Of a stretch of DNA of 64,000 bases, positions 19,248 to 30,188 are shown in pieces. The position numbers were made by a program, and so were the translations under genes. The DNA is from an uncultured bacterium (GTDB lineage: Bacteria; Actinomycetota; Actinomycetes; S36-B12). How positions within the stretch are numbered: the stretch's first letter is position 1; each line of letters begins with the position of its first letter. The notes below the pieces were generated by a model, which saw only the letters and a program-made list of their open reading frames with translations, ran no database searches and was not told the DNA's origin. The stretch lies in the NCBI GenBank assembly GCA_963700255.1, contig CAVOWW010000029.1, positions 47,721 to 111,720 of the forward strand, written 5' to 3'.

Positions 19248-19814
19248 ATGGCCATCGTGCATCGAGCCGATCTCCGCCCGTCCAAGGTCGAGCTTCTCGC
19301 CGCGTGGCTCCCCCAGCAGCCGTGGTGCGACTCCACCGGCGACGTCGACCGCGTCGCCGCGTTCCGGTTCGACGACCCGGCGGGCGAGGTCGGTATCGAG
19401 TCGTACGTGATGCGGCGCGGCACCGCCGTGTTCCATGTGCCCATGACATACCGCGGGGCGCCACTCGAGGGCGCGACCCTCATCGGAGAGCTCGAGCATT
19501 CCGTCCTCGGTCATCGCTGGGTGTACGACGGCCCCAGCGACCCGGTGTACGTCGACGTCATCCGGCGCGCCATCGTCGACGCCGCCCGCGACGTCGACAT
19601 GGTTCTCGACGACGGCACCCCTGTGCCGCGCCTGGAGTGGTGGGCGACCGCGGTGGGCAGCGGAGCGGAGCCCGCGCTTCTCGCAAGGAGCCTGCGCATC
19701 GCGCGGCGGCTGCCGGCGGATCCCCCGACCGGCGCACCGACACTGTCAGCGTCATGGTCCGGCCAGGGGTCCCCTAGCGCTGTTGCGTGGCTGTCCGACC
19801 AGGAGGAGGCGTGA
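19248..19814 (+). CDS. conserved hypothetical protein, maltokinase N-terminal-cap-like
   Basis: N-terminal MAIVHRADLRPSKVELLAAWLPQQPW resembles the maltokinase N-cap-like family as I remember it. 188 aa. Confidence 0.5.
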   Translation: MAIVHRADLRPSKVELLAAWLPQQPWCDSTGDVDRVAAFRFDDPAGEVGIESYVMRRGTAVFHVPMTYRGAPLEGATLIGELEHSVLGHRWVYDGPSDPVYVDVIRRAIVDAARDVDMVLDDGTPVPRLEWWATAVGSGAEPALLARSLRIARRLPADPPTGAPTLSASWSGQGSPSAVAWLSDQEEA

Positions 19815-20109
19815 TGAGCCGCGTCAGCATCTACGTGAACACGATGGGCCGGACTGCTGCACGACGCCGTAAGCCGAGATGCGGATGGCCGACATCCCCG
19901 GCCAGGCACCGCTCCCCGAGGACGAGCGCGACGCCTTCATCCACATCGAGGAGGGCCAGCGGCTCTTCTATGCGCTGAGCAACGGAGCGACCGACGGCGT
20001 GCCTCTGTCGAAGATGTTCTGGGGCGACTACTGGGGCGTCCTTCTCGATCGGTACGGAATCCGATGGATGGTGAACGTCCCTGACCCGGACGGAGCAGGC
20101 GCACGCTAG
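19814..20109 (+). pseudogene. VOC/PhnB-like (glyoxalase-fold) gene remnant
   Basis: The C-terminal 76-aa ORF ends in PLSKMFWGDYWGVLLDRYGIRWMVN, typical of PhnB-like VOC proteins. A possible N-terminus (MSRVSIYVN...) is in another frame. Total span is about 98 codons versus the roughly 130-140 I expect for the family. Confidence 0.4.
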
Positions 20110-20155
20110 TCACGGCACAGGTCGGTCACCGGCCGCCAGGTGGAACACTTCGGCT

Positions 20156-20815
20156 GTGGCCCCGACTGTCCGTCCTGCTCCGCCTCGGCTGTCCGCTCCG
20201 GCGCTCGTTGATCTCCTGCCCGTCGCGCCCGCCCGACTCCAGGCAGGCGAACCGCTGGACGGTGCCCACGTCGTCGGCGCCGACCTGAGCGGCTGCCGGC
20301 TGCGGGAGACCTCGTGGCGTGAGGCGCACCTGGTGGACCTGGTCCTCGATGATGCTGACCTGCGTCACGCCCGGCTGGTCGACGTGCGGCTCGAGTCCTC
20401 GACCGCGAGCACCGTCAGTGCCCCTTCCGGCATCTGGCGCGACGTGGAGGTGCTCACCTCTCGCTGGGGGGCGGCGGAGATCTGGGAGTCGACGTGGACG
20501 TCGGTCGTGCTCCGCGGCTGCAAGCTCACCTACCTCAACCTCCGCGGGGCCACCCTCACGGATGTGCTGGTCGAGGACTGCGTGATCGAGACACTCGACC
20601 TGCAGGCTGCCCACATCGAACGGATGGCCATCGTGGGCGGCCGAGTGACGGAGCTGCTGCTCGCAGAGTCCACCCTGGTCGACGTGGACCTCCGCGGCGC
20701 CAACCTCGACGCCGTCGTCCCCGCGACGGCACTGGCGGGCGCCACGATCAGCCTGCCCCAAGCACTGGCCCTGGCGACCGGACTGGCTGCCGGACTCGGC
20801 ATCGACGTCCGCTGA
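20156..20815 (+). CDS. pentapeptide repeat-containing protein
   Basis: Repeated A(D/N)LxG/A-like pentads (ADLSGCRLRETSWREAHLVDLVLDDADLRHARL...LRGATLTDVLVEDC...DLRGANLDAV). GTG start. Confidence 0.75.
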   Translation: MAPTVRPAPPRLSAPALVDLLPVAPARLQAGEPLDGAHVVGADLSGCRLRETSWREAHLVDLVLDDADLRHARLVDVRLESSTASTVSAPSGIWRDVEVLTSRWGAAEIWESTWTSVVLRGCKLTYLNLRGATLTDVLVEDCVIETLDLQAAHIERMAIVGGRVTELLLAESTLVDVDLRGANLDAVVPATALAGATISLPQALALATGLAAGLGIDVR

Positions 20816-20854
20816 CGCCGACCCGCGTCGCGCTCCACGTGAGTCCGTCAATAG

Positions 20855-22291
<1,437 letters not shown>

Positions 22292-22294
22292 TCC

Positions 22295-22846
22295 TCAGGA
22301 GCAGGAGCCGCCGGCGCCCAGGTGCTGGACCCAGTAGGTCGCGTACTTCGCGCCCCGCCCGGGCGCGAAGCCGAACCCGACGTGGCGGAAGCGTGGATCG
22401 GTCATGACTGCGTAATGGGACGGGGAGCGCCGCCAGTCGCCCAGGGCCTCGGCCACCGTCGGCTGGCCGGCCGCGAGGTTCTCCCCCAGCATGAACCCGC
22501 GATAGCCGCCTCCGGTGATGCGCTGCTCGGCACCGCTGCCATCGGCGCCCGTGTGGCTGACGCGGTTGTCGCGCTCCATCTGGCTCGCGTACCGCTGGGC
22601 TGACCGGTTCAGGGCCGGGCACATCCGGACCGGACGCGCCCCCGCGCTCGCCCGCACGGCGTTGAGGCGGGTCAGCATGCGCTCACGCCAGTCGGCACGC
22701 ACCACGGGCTGGACGAGTGGGGCGGACCACTCCCCCGCGGACGGGATCTGGGCCGCGGCCGGGCCCGACACGGCCAGAGCGCCGGTGGCCAGCATGACGG
22801 CGGCAAGTCCGGACCGGATCCACTCCATGGCCCCAGTGTCCCCCAT
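22295..22846 (-). CDS. secreted CAP (SCP/PR-1-like) domain protein
   Basis: Signal-like N-terminus (MEWIRSGLAAVMLATGALAVSGPAAAQ; an alternative start is at 22828). CAP motifs SHTGADG...GENLAAG...W..SPSHYAVM. Confidence 0.8.
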   Translation of the reverse strand: MGDTGAMEWIRSGLAAVMLATGALAVSGPAAAQIPSAGEWSAPLVQPVVRADWRERMLTRLNAVRASAGARPVRMCPALNRSAQRYASQMERDNRVSHTGADGSGAEQRITGGGYRGFMLGENLAAGQPTVAEALGDWRRSPSHYAVMTDPRFRHVGFGFAPGRGAKYATYWVQHLGAGGSCS

Positions 22847-22999
22847 GGGCGCCCACTTCCCGCATACCGGACGTCCGTTGTCCGGTCGTCATGTTCGGAG
22901 TTGGTAAAGGTGCATCCGGATGGGGGTGTCGGCCGGAACCAAGGGAATAACAACGACGTCATATGTGTCATCCACTAAGGCCGTTCGAAGGGACAGACC

Positions 23000-23362
23000 A
23001 TGAGTGAATCGATGCGCGGTACCCGCCTGGGTGCCCTCAGCTACGAGACCGACGCACACATCGCACCCGCCGAGCGGGTCGTGGTCAGCTACGAGTGCCC
23101 CGAGGGGCACCGCTCCGTCGTGCCCTTCTCCGTGGAGGCCGAGGAGATCCCGTTCGAGTGGAACTGCCGCTGCGGCCGCACCGCGACGCGCCCCGACGTG
23201 GACGCGCCGGAGGCGAAGCCTGAGAAGCACCAGCGCACCCACTGGGACATGCTGCTCGAGCGGCGCACGATCGCCGACCTCGAGATCCTCCTCGAGGAGC
23301 GGCTGGCGCTCCTGCACGAGCAGCGTGGCGAGCAGCGCGCGAACCTCCGCAAGTCCGCCTAG
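23000..23362 (+). CDS. rbpA: RNA polymerase-binding protein RbpA
   Basis: 120 aa. YECPEGH...WNCRCG zinc-ribbon-like core and C-terminal RTHWDMLLERRTIADLEILLEERL sigma-interaction helix. Confidence 0.9.
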   Translation: MSESMRGTRLGALSYETDAHIAPAERVVVSYECPEGHRSVVPFSVEAEEIPFEWNCRCGRTATRPDVDAPEAKPEKHQRTHWDMLLERRTIADLEILLEERLALLHEQRGEQRANLRKSA

Positions 23363-23365
23363 CGG

Positions 23366-23854
23366 CTAGGTCAGCTCGGGCGGGCTGGACGGAGGCTGCG
23401 GCCGGGGTGGCCGGTCGTTCGGTGCGGTGTCGTCCCTGATGACGGTGCCCTGGATGACATCGCCGCCCGGATTGTGCACCCCGGGCATCCGGACGGTCAT
23501 CACGCGGGACGAGAGCCACGCACGGCTGCGCGCGCGCAGGAGCCGCTGGGTCGGCGGCAGCACCAGCAGCAGCCCGACGAGGTCGGTCCAGAACCCGGGA
23601 ATCATGATCAGCAGGCCGCCGAGGAAGGCCAGGCCGTGCCGGCCCGCGTCGGGCTCCTGGCCGCTCTGCGCCGCGCGCTGCAGGTCGACCATCGCCGCGT
23701 CGCCGGCGTTGCGCATGATCGCGAACCCGATGGGGATCCCGACGAGCAGCAGGAGCAGCATCCAGCCCCAGCCGAGCCACAGCCCCACCGCGTAGGCCGT
23801 GGCCACCTCCAGCAGCGGGTAGCCGAAGATCAGGAGCCGGCTGCGGAACGTCAC
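23366..23854 (-). CDS. fxsA: FxsA family membrane protein
   Basis: Start at GTG 23854 overlapping the ppm1 TGA (GTGA). LLIFGYPLLEVATAYAVGLWLG...LIMIPGFWTDLVGLLLVLPPTQRLLR is typical of FxsA. Confidence 0.8.
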   Translation of the reverse strand: MTFRSRLLIFGYPLLEVATAYAVGLWLGWGWMLLLLLVGIPIGFAIMRNAGDAAMVDLQRAAQSGQEPDAGRHGLAFLGGLLIMIPGFWTDLVGLLLVLPPTQRLLRARSRAWLSSRVMTVRMPGVHNPGGDVIQGTVIRDDTAPNDRPPRPQPPSSPPELT

Positions 23855-24633
23855 GACGACGGTCCCTTCGAGCGACGCGCGTGCGCGCGGCGGCGCACCC
23901 GGGTCACCTTGTCGTCGACGCCCCAGACCGTCACCCGCCACAGGGCCTCGGCGACGATCTTGCGGCTCATCTTGCTGGTGCCGGCCGTGCGCTCGACGAA
24001 CGTGATGGGGACCTCCCGGACCGTCATCCCGCGCTGCACCGCGCGCCAGGCGAGGTCGATCTGGAAGCAGTACCCCTGCGAGGCGACCTCGTGGAGATCG
24101 AGCTTGCGCAGGGTGTCGGCGCGGAATGCCCGGAAGCCTCCGGTCGCATCCTGGATCGGGACGCCCAGCATCAGGCGCGTATAGGCCGTTCCCCCGCGCG
24201 AGATGAGCTGCCGGCTCTTGGGCCAGTTCTCGGTGCGGCCGCCCGGAACCCACCGCGACCCCAGCACCAGGTCCGCGGTGCGGAGGGCGTCGAGCAGTCG
24301 CGGCAGCTGCTCGGGCTGGTGGGACCCGTCGGCGTCCATCTCGACGACGACGTCATAGCCCGCCTGCAGGGCCCAAGCGAAGCCGGCCAGGTAGGCGGCG
24401 CCGAGGCCCTCCTTGCCGAGGCGGTGCATGACGTGGAGCTGCGCGTCGCCGGCGGCCAGCTCGTCGGCGACGCGCCCGGTGCCATCGGGCGAGTTGTCGT
24501 CCGCCACGAGGATGTCGGCCTCGGGCACGGACGCCCGGACGCGGGAGACGATGACCGGGAGCGTTGAGAGCTCGTTGAACGTCGGGATGATCACGACGAT
24601 CCGCCCCAGGTCGGCGAAGGACGTTGTCGACAT
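23851..24633 (-). CDS. ppm1: polyprenol monophosphomannose synthase (GT2)
   Basis: IIPTFNE...VADDNSPDGT...VVEMDADGSHQP. Directly downstream of lnt, as in species where Ppm1 and Lnt are separate genes. Confidence 0.9.
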   Translation of the reverse strand: MSTTSFADLGRIVVIIPTFNELSTLPVIVSRVRASVPEADILVADDNSPDGTGRVADELAAGDAQLHVMHRLGKEGLGAAYLAGFAWALQAGYDVVVEMDADGSHQPEQLPRLLDALRTADLVLGSRWVPGGRTENWPKSRQLISRGGTAYTRLMLGVPIQDATGGFRAFRADTLRKLDLHEVASQGYCFQIDLAWRAVQRGMTVREVPITFVERTAGTSKMSRKIVAEALWRVTVWGVDDKVTRVRRRAHARRSKGPSS

Positions 24634-24642
24634 CCCGCCAGC

Positions 24643-26202
24643 CTAGGCGATGGTGTCGGCGCGCCGACGACGCGACCGGATGCCAGCGGCGGCGACGACG
24701 CTGATCGCTGCGACGGCCAGGAGGCACAGCAGGAGCTCCACGAGGTGACCGATGCGGGCGGCGAGGGTGAGGGCGCCGTGCAGGGGGACGTCGGCCACGA
24801 GCCAGCCGGTCTCGTCCTCTCCGAGCTGCTGCTCGATCGCGCGGTCGGTGCCGATCACCGCGCTGATGCCCGAGGTCGCCGCCACCAGGACCGTGCGCCC
24901 GAACTCGCCGGCCCGCATGCGCTCGATGCCGAGCTGCTGGGCCGGCTGGGACGTGCCCCCGTACGTGGCGTTGTTGGTCTGGACGGTGAGCAGGCGCGCA
25001 CCGCCGCCGATCACCGCGTCCACGACCGCGCTGTAGGCGATCTCGAAGCAGATGACGTTGCCGATGGCGACACCCCCGATGTCGAGGTTGCCCGGCTCCG
25101 TCCCCGGCAGGAAGTCGCGGGGCACGCGGTCGAAGCGGCCGATGACCCCGGCGAGCTGCTCGCGGAACGGCACGTACTCGCCGAACGGCACCGGGTGCGT
25201 CTTGATGTACATCTGGGTCGGGCCGGCCTCGGGATCCCACACGATGCCGACGTTCCACACGCCGGCGGGGTTGCCCGGCACGGCCGTGACCGCGCCGACG
25301 AGGATCGGGGCACCGACCGCCTGGGCTGCGCCCGTGATCGCCGCGGCGACGGACGCGTCCGCGAAGGGGTCGATGTCGGACGAGTTCTCCGGCCACAGGA
25401 CGAAGTCGGGCTGCGGCTCGGTGCCGGCGGCGATGGCCTCCGCCAGGAGGAGCGTCTCGTGAACGTGGTTGTCCAGGACGGCTCGGCGGACGTCCATCGC
25501 GCCCATGCCCGTCTGCGGCGTACCGCCCTGCACCAGGGCAACGGTCGCCGAGGATGGACCCCCGACCTCGTCTCCCCCGCTGGGGACAGGCAGGGCCACG
25601 GGAAGCAGTCCCGCCACGAGCACCGTGATGGCCCAGCCCGCCGCCGCGCGCCACTGTCCGGCGCGAAGGGCCAGGACGGCGACGACGACGGACGCACCGA
25701 CGAGCGCGACGGCGAACGTCACGAGCGGCGTGCCGCCGGCGCTGGCCCAGTCCCCCAGGGTGCTGTCTGGCTGGGCGAACGCGAGGTTGCCCCACGGGAA
25801 GCCGCCGAACGGGATGCGCGCCCTCAGCGCCTCGTCGAGCACCCAGACGCAGCCCACCCACACGGGCGCGAGGGGAAGCCGCGTGACTGCCGCGGTGGCC
25901 ACGCCGAGCAGGGCGATCCATGACGCGCACAGCAGGGTGAGCAGCAGCCAGGCGTCGGGTCCGATGACGCGCATCCACTCGAGGAGCAGGGCGAAGAAGA
26001 CGACGCCGGCCAGCAGCCCGAGGCCCAGGCCCCGGCGCAGGCGGGCCCGCCAGAGCGCTGCCGTGAGCAAGGCGACACCGCCGGCCGCGCTCGGCCCGAA
26101 CCCCACCGGAGGGAAGGCCAGCCACAGCAGGATCCCGGCGCCCACCGCGGCCAGGACAGCCGAGGGCAGCCGCAGCAGCGGCGACACGGGAAGGACGGTC
26201 AT
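24643..26202 (-). CDS. lnt: apolipoprotein N-acyltransferase
   Basis: 519 aa. N-terminal polytopic region plus C-terminal CN-hydrolase domain (LWPENS..., ICFEIAY catalytic Cys). Confidence 0.9.
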   Translation of the reverse strand: MTVLPVSPLLRLPSAVLAAVGAGILLWLAFPPVGFGPSAAGGVALLTAALWRARLRRGLGLGLLAGVVFFALLLEWMRVIGPDAWLLLTLLCASWIALLGVATAAVTRLPLAPVWVGCVWVLDEALRARIPFGGFPWGNLAFAQPDSTLGDWASAGGTPLVTFAVALVGASVVVAVLALRAGQWRAAAGWAITVLVAGLLPVALPVPSGGDEVGGPSSATVALVQGGTPQTGMGAMDVRRAVLDNHVHETLLLAEAIAAGTEPQPDFVLWPENSSDIDPFADASVAAAITGAAQAVGAPILVGAVTAVPGNPAGVWNVGIVWDPEAGPTQMYIKTHPVPFGEYVPFREQLAGVIGRFDRVPRDFLPGTEPGNLDIGGVAIGNVICFEIAYSAVVDAVIGGGARLLTVQTNNATYGGTSQPAQQLGIERMRAGEFGRTVLVAATSGISAVIGTDRAIEQQLGEDETGWLVADVPLHGALTLAARIGHLVELLLCLLAVAAISVVAAAGIRSRRRRADTIA

Positions 26203-27839
26203 GGCTGGTCGAGCTCACCGCTGTCGAAGACGGTCCGACCGTGCACCACGGTGCGCAGGCAGCGCGGGAGAGGCAGGTCGGGCCCGAGGGGCGGCAGTCC
26301 CGGCGTGCCGGAGCGCGGATCGGTGGACCACGCGGCGACGCGCTCGTCCGGAGCCTGCACGACGATGTCGTCGACGCCCCACACGGCGAGGTGGGCGGGC
26401 GCTCCGGGGGCGAGGGTGCCGACGTCCGGCTGCCCGATCGCGCGCCAGCCGCTGCGGGTGTGCGCCCCGAACGCCGCCCGCGTGGACAGCGCCTGCCTGG
26501 CGTTGGAGGGGTGCACCGCGGCACGCACGGCCGCCCACGGCCCGAGGTCGGTGACGGGGGCGTCCGAGCCGAAGGCCACGAGCACGCCCGCTGAGACGAG
26601 GTCGGCGAACCGGTTCATGCCCGCGGCACGAGCGGCCCCGAGGCGCTGCTCGTACATGCCGCCCGGCCCGCCCCACAGGCCGTCGAACATGGGCTGCATG
26701 CTCGCCGTCACTCCGAGCTCGGCGAGGGCGGCGACGTGGTCATCGGTGAGCAGCTCGGCGTGCTCGAGCCGGTGCATGGCGGCCCGCATGGCGGGCAGTC
26801 CGACCCGCTCAGCGGCCCTGCGCAGGCCGGACACGACCGCCTCGCTCGCCGCGTCGCCGATCACGTGGAAGCCGGCCTGCATGCCCGCCTGGGTCGCGGC
26901 CGTCACGTGGTCGGCTATCTGGTCCGCGTCCAGGTACCCGGCCCCGGACCGGTCGGGTGCATCGGTGTAGGGCTGGCACAGGCAGGCCGTCCGCGAGCCG
27001 ATCGCCCCGTCGACGAACAGGTCGCCGGCGACGCCCACGGCCCCGAGGACGCGAGCTCGGTCGATGCCGCCCTCGCTGGCCAGCTGGCCCCAGTAGCCGG
27101 CGACGGTGGGGCCGGGCTCGGCGTCGGCGAGGGCGAGGAGCTCGGCGAGGTCGTCCTCGCTGGAGATCGTCGGCCCGGCCATCTCGTGCATGCTCACGAT
27201 GCCCAAGGAGGACGCGCGGTCCCTCATCACCCGGTGCGCTGCCGCACGCTGACCGGCGCCGATCGTGCCGAGGATCGCCTCGCGCACCGCGTGGTGGGCG
27301 TGCTGGCTGAGGGCCCCTGTCGCGTCCCAGCCGGCGAGGTCGCGCACGGCCGGCACCTGCGCCACGAGCGCGCTCGACACGACCGCCGAGTGCACGTCGA
27401 TGCGGGAGAGGTAGACCACGCTGCCCCAGGTGGCTCGATCGACCTCGTCGCGGCTGGGCGGCCGTCCCTCGGGCCAGCGGGTCTCGTCCCAGCCGTGCCC
27501 GATGATCGCGGCCCCGCGCACCTCGCGCGCTCGCGCCTCGAGCAGGCCGAGGGCCTCGGCGAGCGAGGAGGTGCGCGAGAGGTCCAGGCCGGTCAGGGTC
27601 AGTCCCGTGCTGGTGGCGTGCACGTGGGCGTCCACGAAGCCGGGGGTGACCAGCGCACCTCGGAGGTCGACCACCCGATCGGCGCTGTCACGGTGCGCCG
27701 CGGCAGCGGAGTCCTCGCCCAGCCACGCCACCTCGTCGCCGTCGACGAGCATGGCAGTCGCGAACGGGCTGACCGGCGAGTAGATGGACCCGCCCACGAG
27801 CAGGACACGCTCGGTTGCGCGCCAGGACGGCGCGGTCAC
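26199..27839 (-). CDS. amidohydrolase family (YtcJ-like, amidohydrolase_3) protein
   Basis: Start at GTG 27839 overlapping the upstream TGA. GFVDAHVHA metal-binding HxH. About 546 aa. Confidence 0.8.
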   Translation of the reverse strand: MTAPSWRATERVLLVGGSIYSPVSPFATAMLVDGDEVAWLGEDSAAAAHRDSADRVVDLRGALVTPGFVDAHVHATSTGLTLTGLDLSRTSSLAEALGLLEARAREVRGAAIIGHGWDETRWPEGRPPSRDEVDRATWGSVVYLSRIDVHSAVVSSALVAQVPAVRDLAGWDATGALSQHAHHAVREAILGTIGAGQRAAAHRVMRDRASSLGIVSMHEMAGPTISSEDDLAELLALADAEPGPTVAGYWGQLASEGGIDRARVLGAVGVAGDLFVDGAIGSRTACLCQPYTDAPDRSGAGYLDADQIADHVTAATQAGMQAGFHVIGDAASEAVVSGLRRAAERVGLPAMRAAMHRLEHAELLTDDHVAALAELGVTASMQPMFDGLWGGPGGMYEQRLGAARAAGMNRFADLVSAGVLVAFGSDAPVTDLGPWAAVRAAVHPSNARQALSTRAAFGAHTRSGWRAIGQPDVGTLAPGAPAHLAVWGVDDIVVQAPDERVAAWSTDPRSGTPGLPPLGPDLPLPRCLRTVVHGRTVFDSGELDQP

Positions 27840-28975
27840 GAGGCGGAGCGCGGTCGTGCGAGCGCGCGGCCGATGACCATGCGCTGGACCTGGTTGGTGC
27901 CCTCGACGATCTGCAGCGCCTTGGCCTCCCGGAAGTAGCGCTCGACCGGGAAGTCCTGCGTGTAGCCGGCGCCCCCGAGCACCTGGATGGCGTCCGTGGT
28001 GACCTTCATGGCGGCGTCCGTGGCGGCGAGCTTGGCCATGGCCGCCAGGGTGGCGAACGGCAGACCGGCGTCCTTCAGGCGTGCGGCCTCGACGTAGAGC
28101 GACCGCGCCGCAGCGACCGCCGTGGCCATGTCGGCGAGCATGAACGACAGGCCCTGGAACTCGTTGATCGGCCGCCCGAACTGCCGCCTCTCGCCCGAGT
28201 AGTCGATAGCCGCGTCCAGCGCGGCCTGGGCGAGCCCGACCGCGCACGCGGCGATGCCCAGGCGGCCCGCGTCGAGACCCGCGAGAGCCACCGTGAAGCC
28301 GCCGCCCTCCACGCCCAGCAGGCGGTCGGCGGGAACGCGCATGTCCTCGAGGATGAGCTGGGCGGTGGGAGACGCGTTGGCGCCCATCTTGCGCTCGGGA
28401 ACGGCGGCGGTGAGGCCCTCGCTCGCGCCGTCGACCAGTAGGCACGTGATGCCGCGCGCACCGTCGTCCGACGTGCGCACCATCATCGAGTAGAAGTCGG
28501 CACGTCCCCCGTGGGTGATCCACGCCTTGGTGCCATTGACGACGTAGGAGTCGCCGTCGAGCACCGCACGAGTGGTGAGGGCAGCGGCGTCGGACCCGGA
28601 GTGCGGCTCCGACAGGCAGTAGCCGCCGAGCAGGCTGCCGCCGACCATGTCCGCGAGCCAGCGATCGCGCTGGTCAGGGGTTCCGAAGGCAGCGAGCGGG
28701 AAGCAGGCCAGGTAGTGCACGCTGACGCTGACCCCGATGGACATCCACGCGCGAGCCAGCTCCTCGAGGGCCTGCAGGGTGACCTCGTACGGCTGCTCCC
28801 CTCCCCCGAAGGCGGCATCGAAGGGCAGGCCCAGCACGCCGAGCTCCCCGAGCGCGCGCAGGGCGTCGCGCGGGAACTCCGCATCCGCCTCGGCCTGCGC
28901 GGCACGTGGTGCGAGCTCGCGAGCGGCGAAGTCCTCCACCAGGGCCATCAGGTCGACGGACTCCTCGGTGGGCAT
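27836..28975 (-). CDS. acyl-CoA dehydrogenase
   Basis: Start placed at ATG 28975 (MPTEES...). CLSEPHSGSDAAAL, WITHGG, and C-terminal QVLGGAGYTQDFPVERYFREAK...IVEGTNQVQR. Confidence 0.85.
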   Translation of the reverse strand: MPTEESVDLMALVEDFAARELAPRAAQAEADAEFPRDALRALGELGVLGLPFDAAFGGGEQPYEVTLQALEELARAWMSIGVSVSVHYLACFPLAAFGTPDQRDRWLADMVGGSLLGGYCLSEPHSGSDAAALTTRAVLDGDSYVVNGTKAWITHGGRADFYSMMVRTSDDGARGITCLLVDGASEGLTAAVPERKMGANASPTAQLILEDMRVPADRLLGVEGGGFTVALAGLDAGRLGIAACAVGLAQAALDAAIDYSGERRQFGRPINEFQGLSFMLADMATAVAAARSLYVEAARLKDAGLPFATLAAMAKLAATDAAMKVTTDAIQVLGGAGYTQDFPVERYFREAKALQIVEGTNQVQRMVIGRALARPRSAS

Positions 28976-29013
28976 CAGGCGCGTGACTGAGGCGCCCTTC
29001 CACGCGTGCCCCA

Positions 29014-30117
29014 TCACGCCACGACCAGTTCGCGCGGCTGCTGGTTCGCCACGATGACGCCGTCGGGAGTAGCGATCACGATGTCCTCGATCCGGGCTCC
29101 GTGGTGGCCCTCGACGTAGAAGCCGGGCTCGATGCTGAAGGCCATGCCCTCGTCGAGAACCAGCGAGTTGCCCGAGACGATGTACGGATCCTCGTGCGTC
29201 TCGAGGCCGATGCCGTGGCCGGTGCGGTGGATGAACAGGTCGCCGAGCCCGGCATCGACGAGGACGCCGCGAGCGGCCGCGTCGACGCTCTCGCAGGTCA
29301 CGCCGGCGCGCGCGTGATCGACCGCGGCGCTCTGCGCCTCCTGGAGGGCCGCGTACATGGCCATGAAGTCCGCCGACGGCCGGCCGACCGCATAGGTGCG
29401 GGTGCAGTCACTGCGGTAGCCGTCGGGCATCGTCCCGCCGATGTCGACGACGACGACGTCGCCCCGCTCGATGATGCGGTCGGAGACCTCATGGTGCGGA
29501 CTGGCGCTGTTGGGGCCGCTGCCCACGATGATGAAGTCGACGCGCACGTGGCCCTCGGTCAGGATCAGCTCGGCGATGTCGGCACCCACCTCGCGCTCCG
29601 TGCGGCCGGGGCGAAGGAGCCCCGGCACGGCAGCATGGACCCGGTCGATCGCCGCGCCGGCGGCGACCAGTGCCGCCACCTCGCTGGGGTCCTTGCGCAT
29701 GCGCAGGTGCGAGATGACGGGGCCGGCCAGGACCTGGTCGACCCCGGGCATGGCGGCCCGCAGCGCGAGGACCTTCTCCGCCCACATGTGGTTGTCGACG
29801 GCCACCCGTCGGGCACCGGGGATGAGCGACGCGACCAGCGCGTACGGGTCGTCCAGCTCGCCCCAGTCGCGGATGCCCATCCCGAGCGCGCCGACGGGGC
29901 TGACCTGGGCGGCAAGCACCTCGAGCCGGGGGGCGACGAGCAGCGCGTCGCCCGAGGCCGGGATCACCAGGCAGGTGAGGCGCTCCAGCGGGACGGCGTC
30001 GTAGCCGACGAGGTAGCGCAGGTCCGGCCCGGGAGTCACCAGGACGGCGTCGATGCCGTGCTGGCTCGCCTGCTGCTGGATCGCGGCCAGTCGGGCCCCG
30101 TGGTCACCTCCGCGCAT
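29014..30117 (-). CDS. M24 family Xaa-Pro dipeptidase/aminopeptidase (PepE-like)
   Basis: Start ATG 30117 preceded by AAGGAGGAA. Pita-bread metal ligands in VVVDIGG, HRTGHGIGLETHE and SIEPG. Confidence 0.85.
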   Translation of the reverse strand: MRGGDHGARLAAIQQQASQHGIDAVLVTPGPDLRYLVGYDAVPLERLTCLVIPASGDALLVAPRLEVLAAQVSPVGALGMGIRDWGELDDPYALVASLIPGARRVAVDNHMWAEKVLALRAAMPGVDQVLAGPVISHLRMRKDPSEVAALVAAGAAIDRVHAAVPGLLRPGRTEREVGADIAELILTEGHVRVDFIIVGSGPNSASPHHEVSDRIIERGDVVVVDIGGTMPDGYRSDCTRTYAVGRPSADFMAMYAALQEAQSAAVDHARAGVTCESVDAAARGVLVDAGLGDLFIHRTGHGIGLETHEDPYIVSGNSLVLDEGMAFSIEPGFYVEGHHGARIEDIVIATPDGVIVANQQPRELVVA

Positions 30118-30188
30118 GGCTTCCTCCTTCGTCCTGCGGAGTCTATGTGCAGCCCCCGCCCCCAGCCGCGTGGTGCCAGACTGCCCGC

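Noticed and set aside
26607-26616. Perfect palindrome GAACCGGTTC as a LexA/Cheo-type site
   Set aside because: The spacing between GAAC and GTTC is 2 nt rather than 4. It lies deep inside the amidohydrolase coding region.
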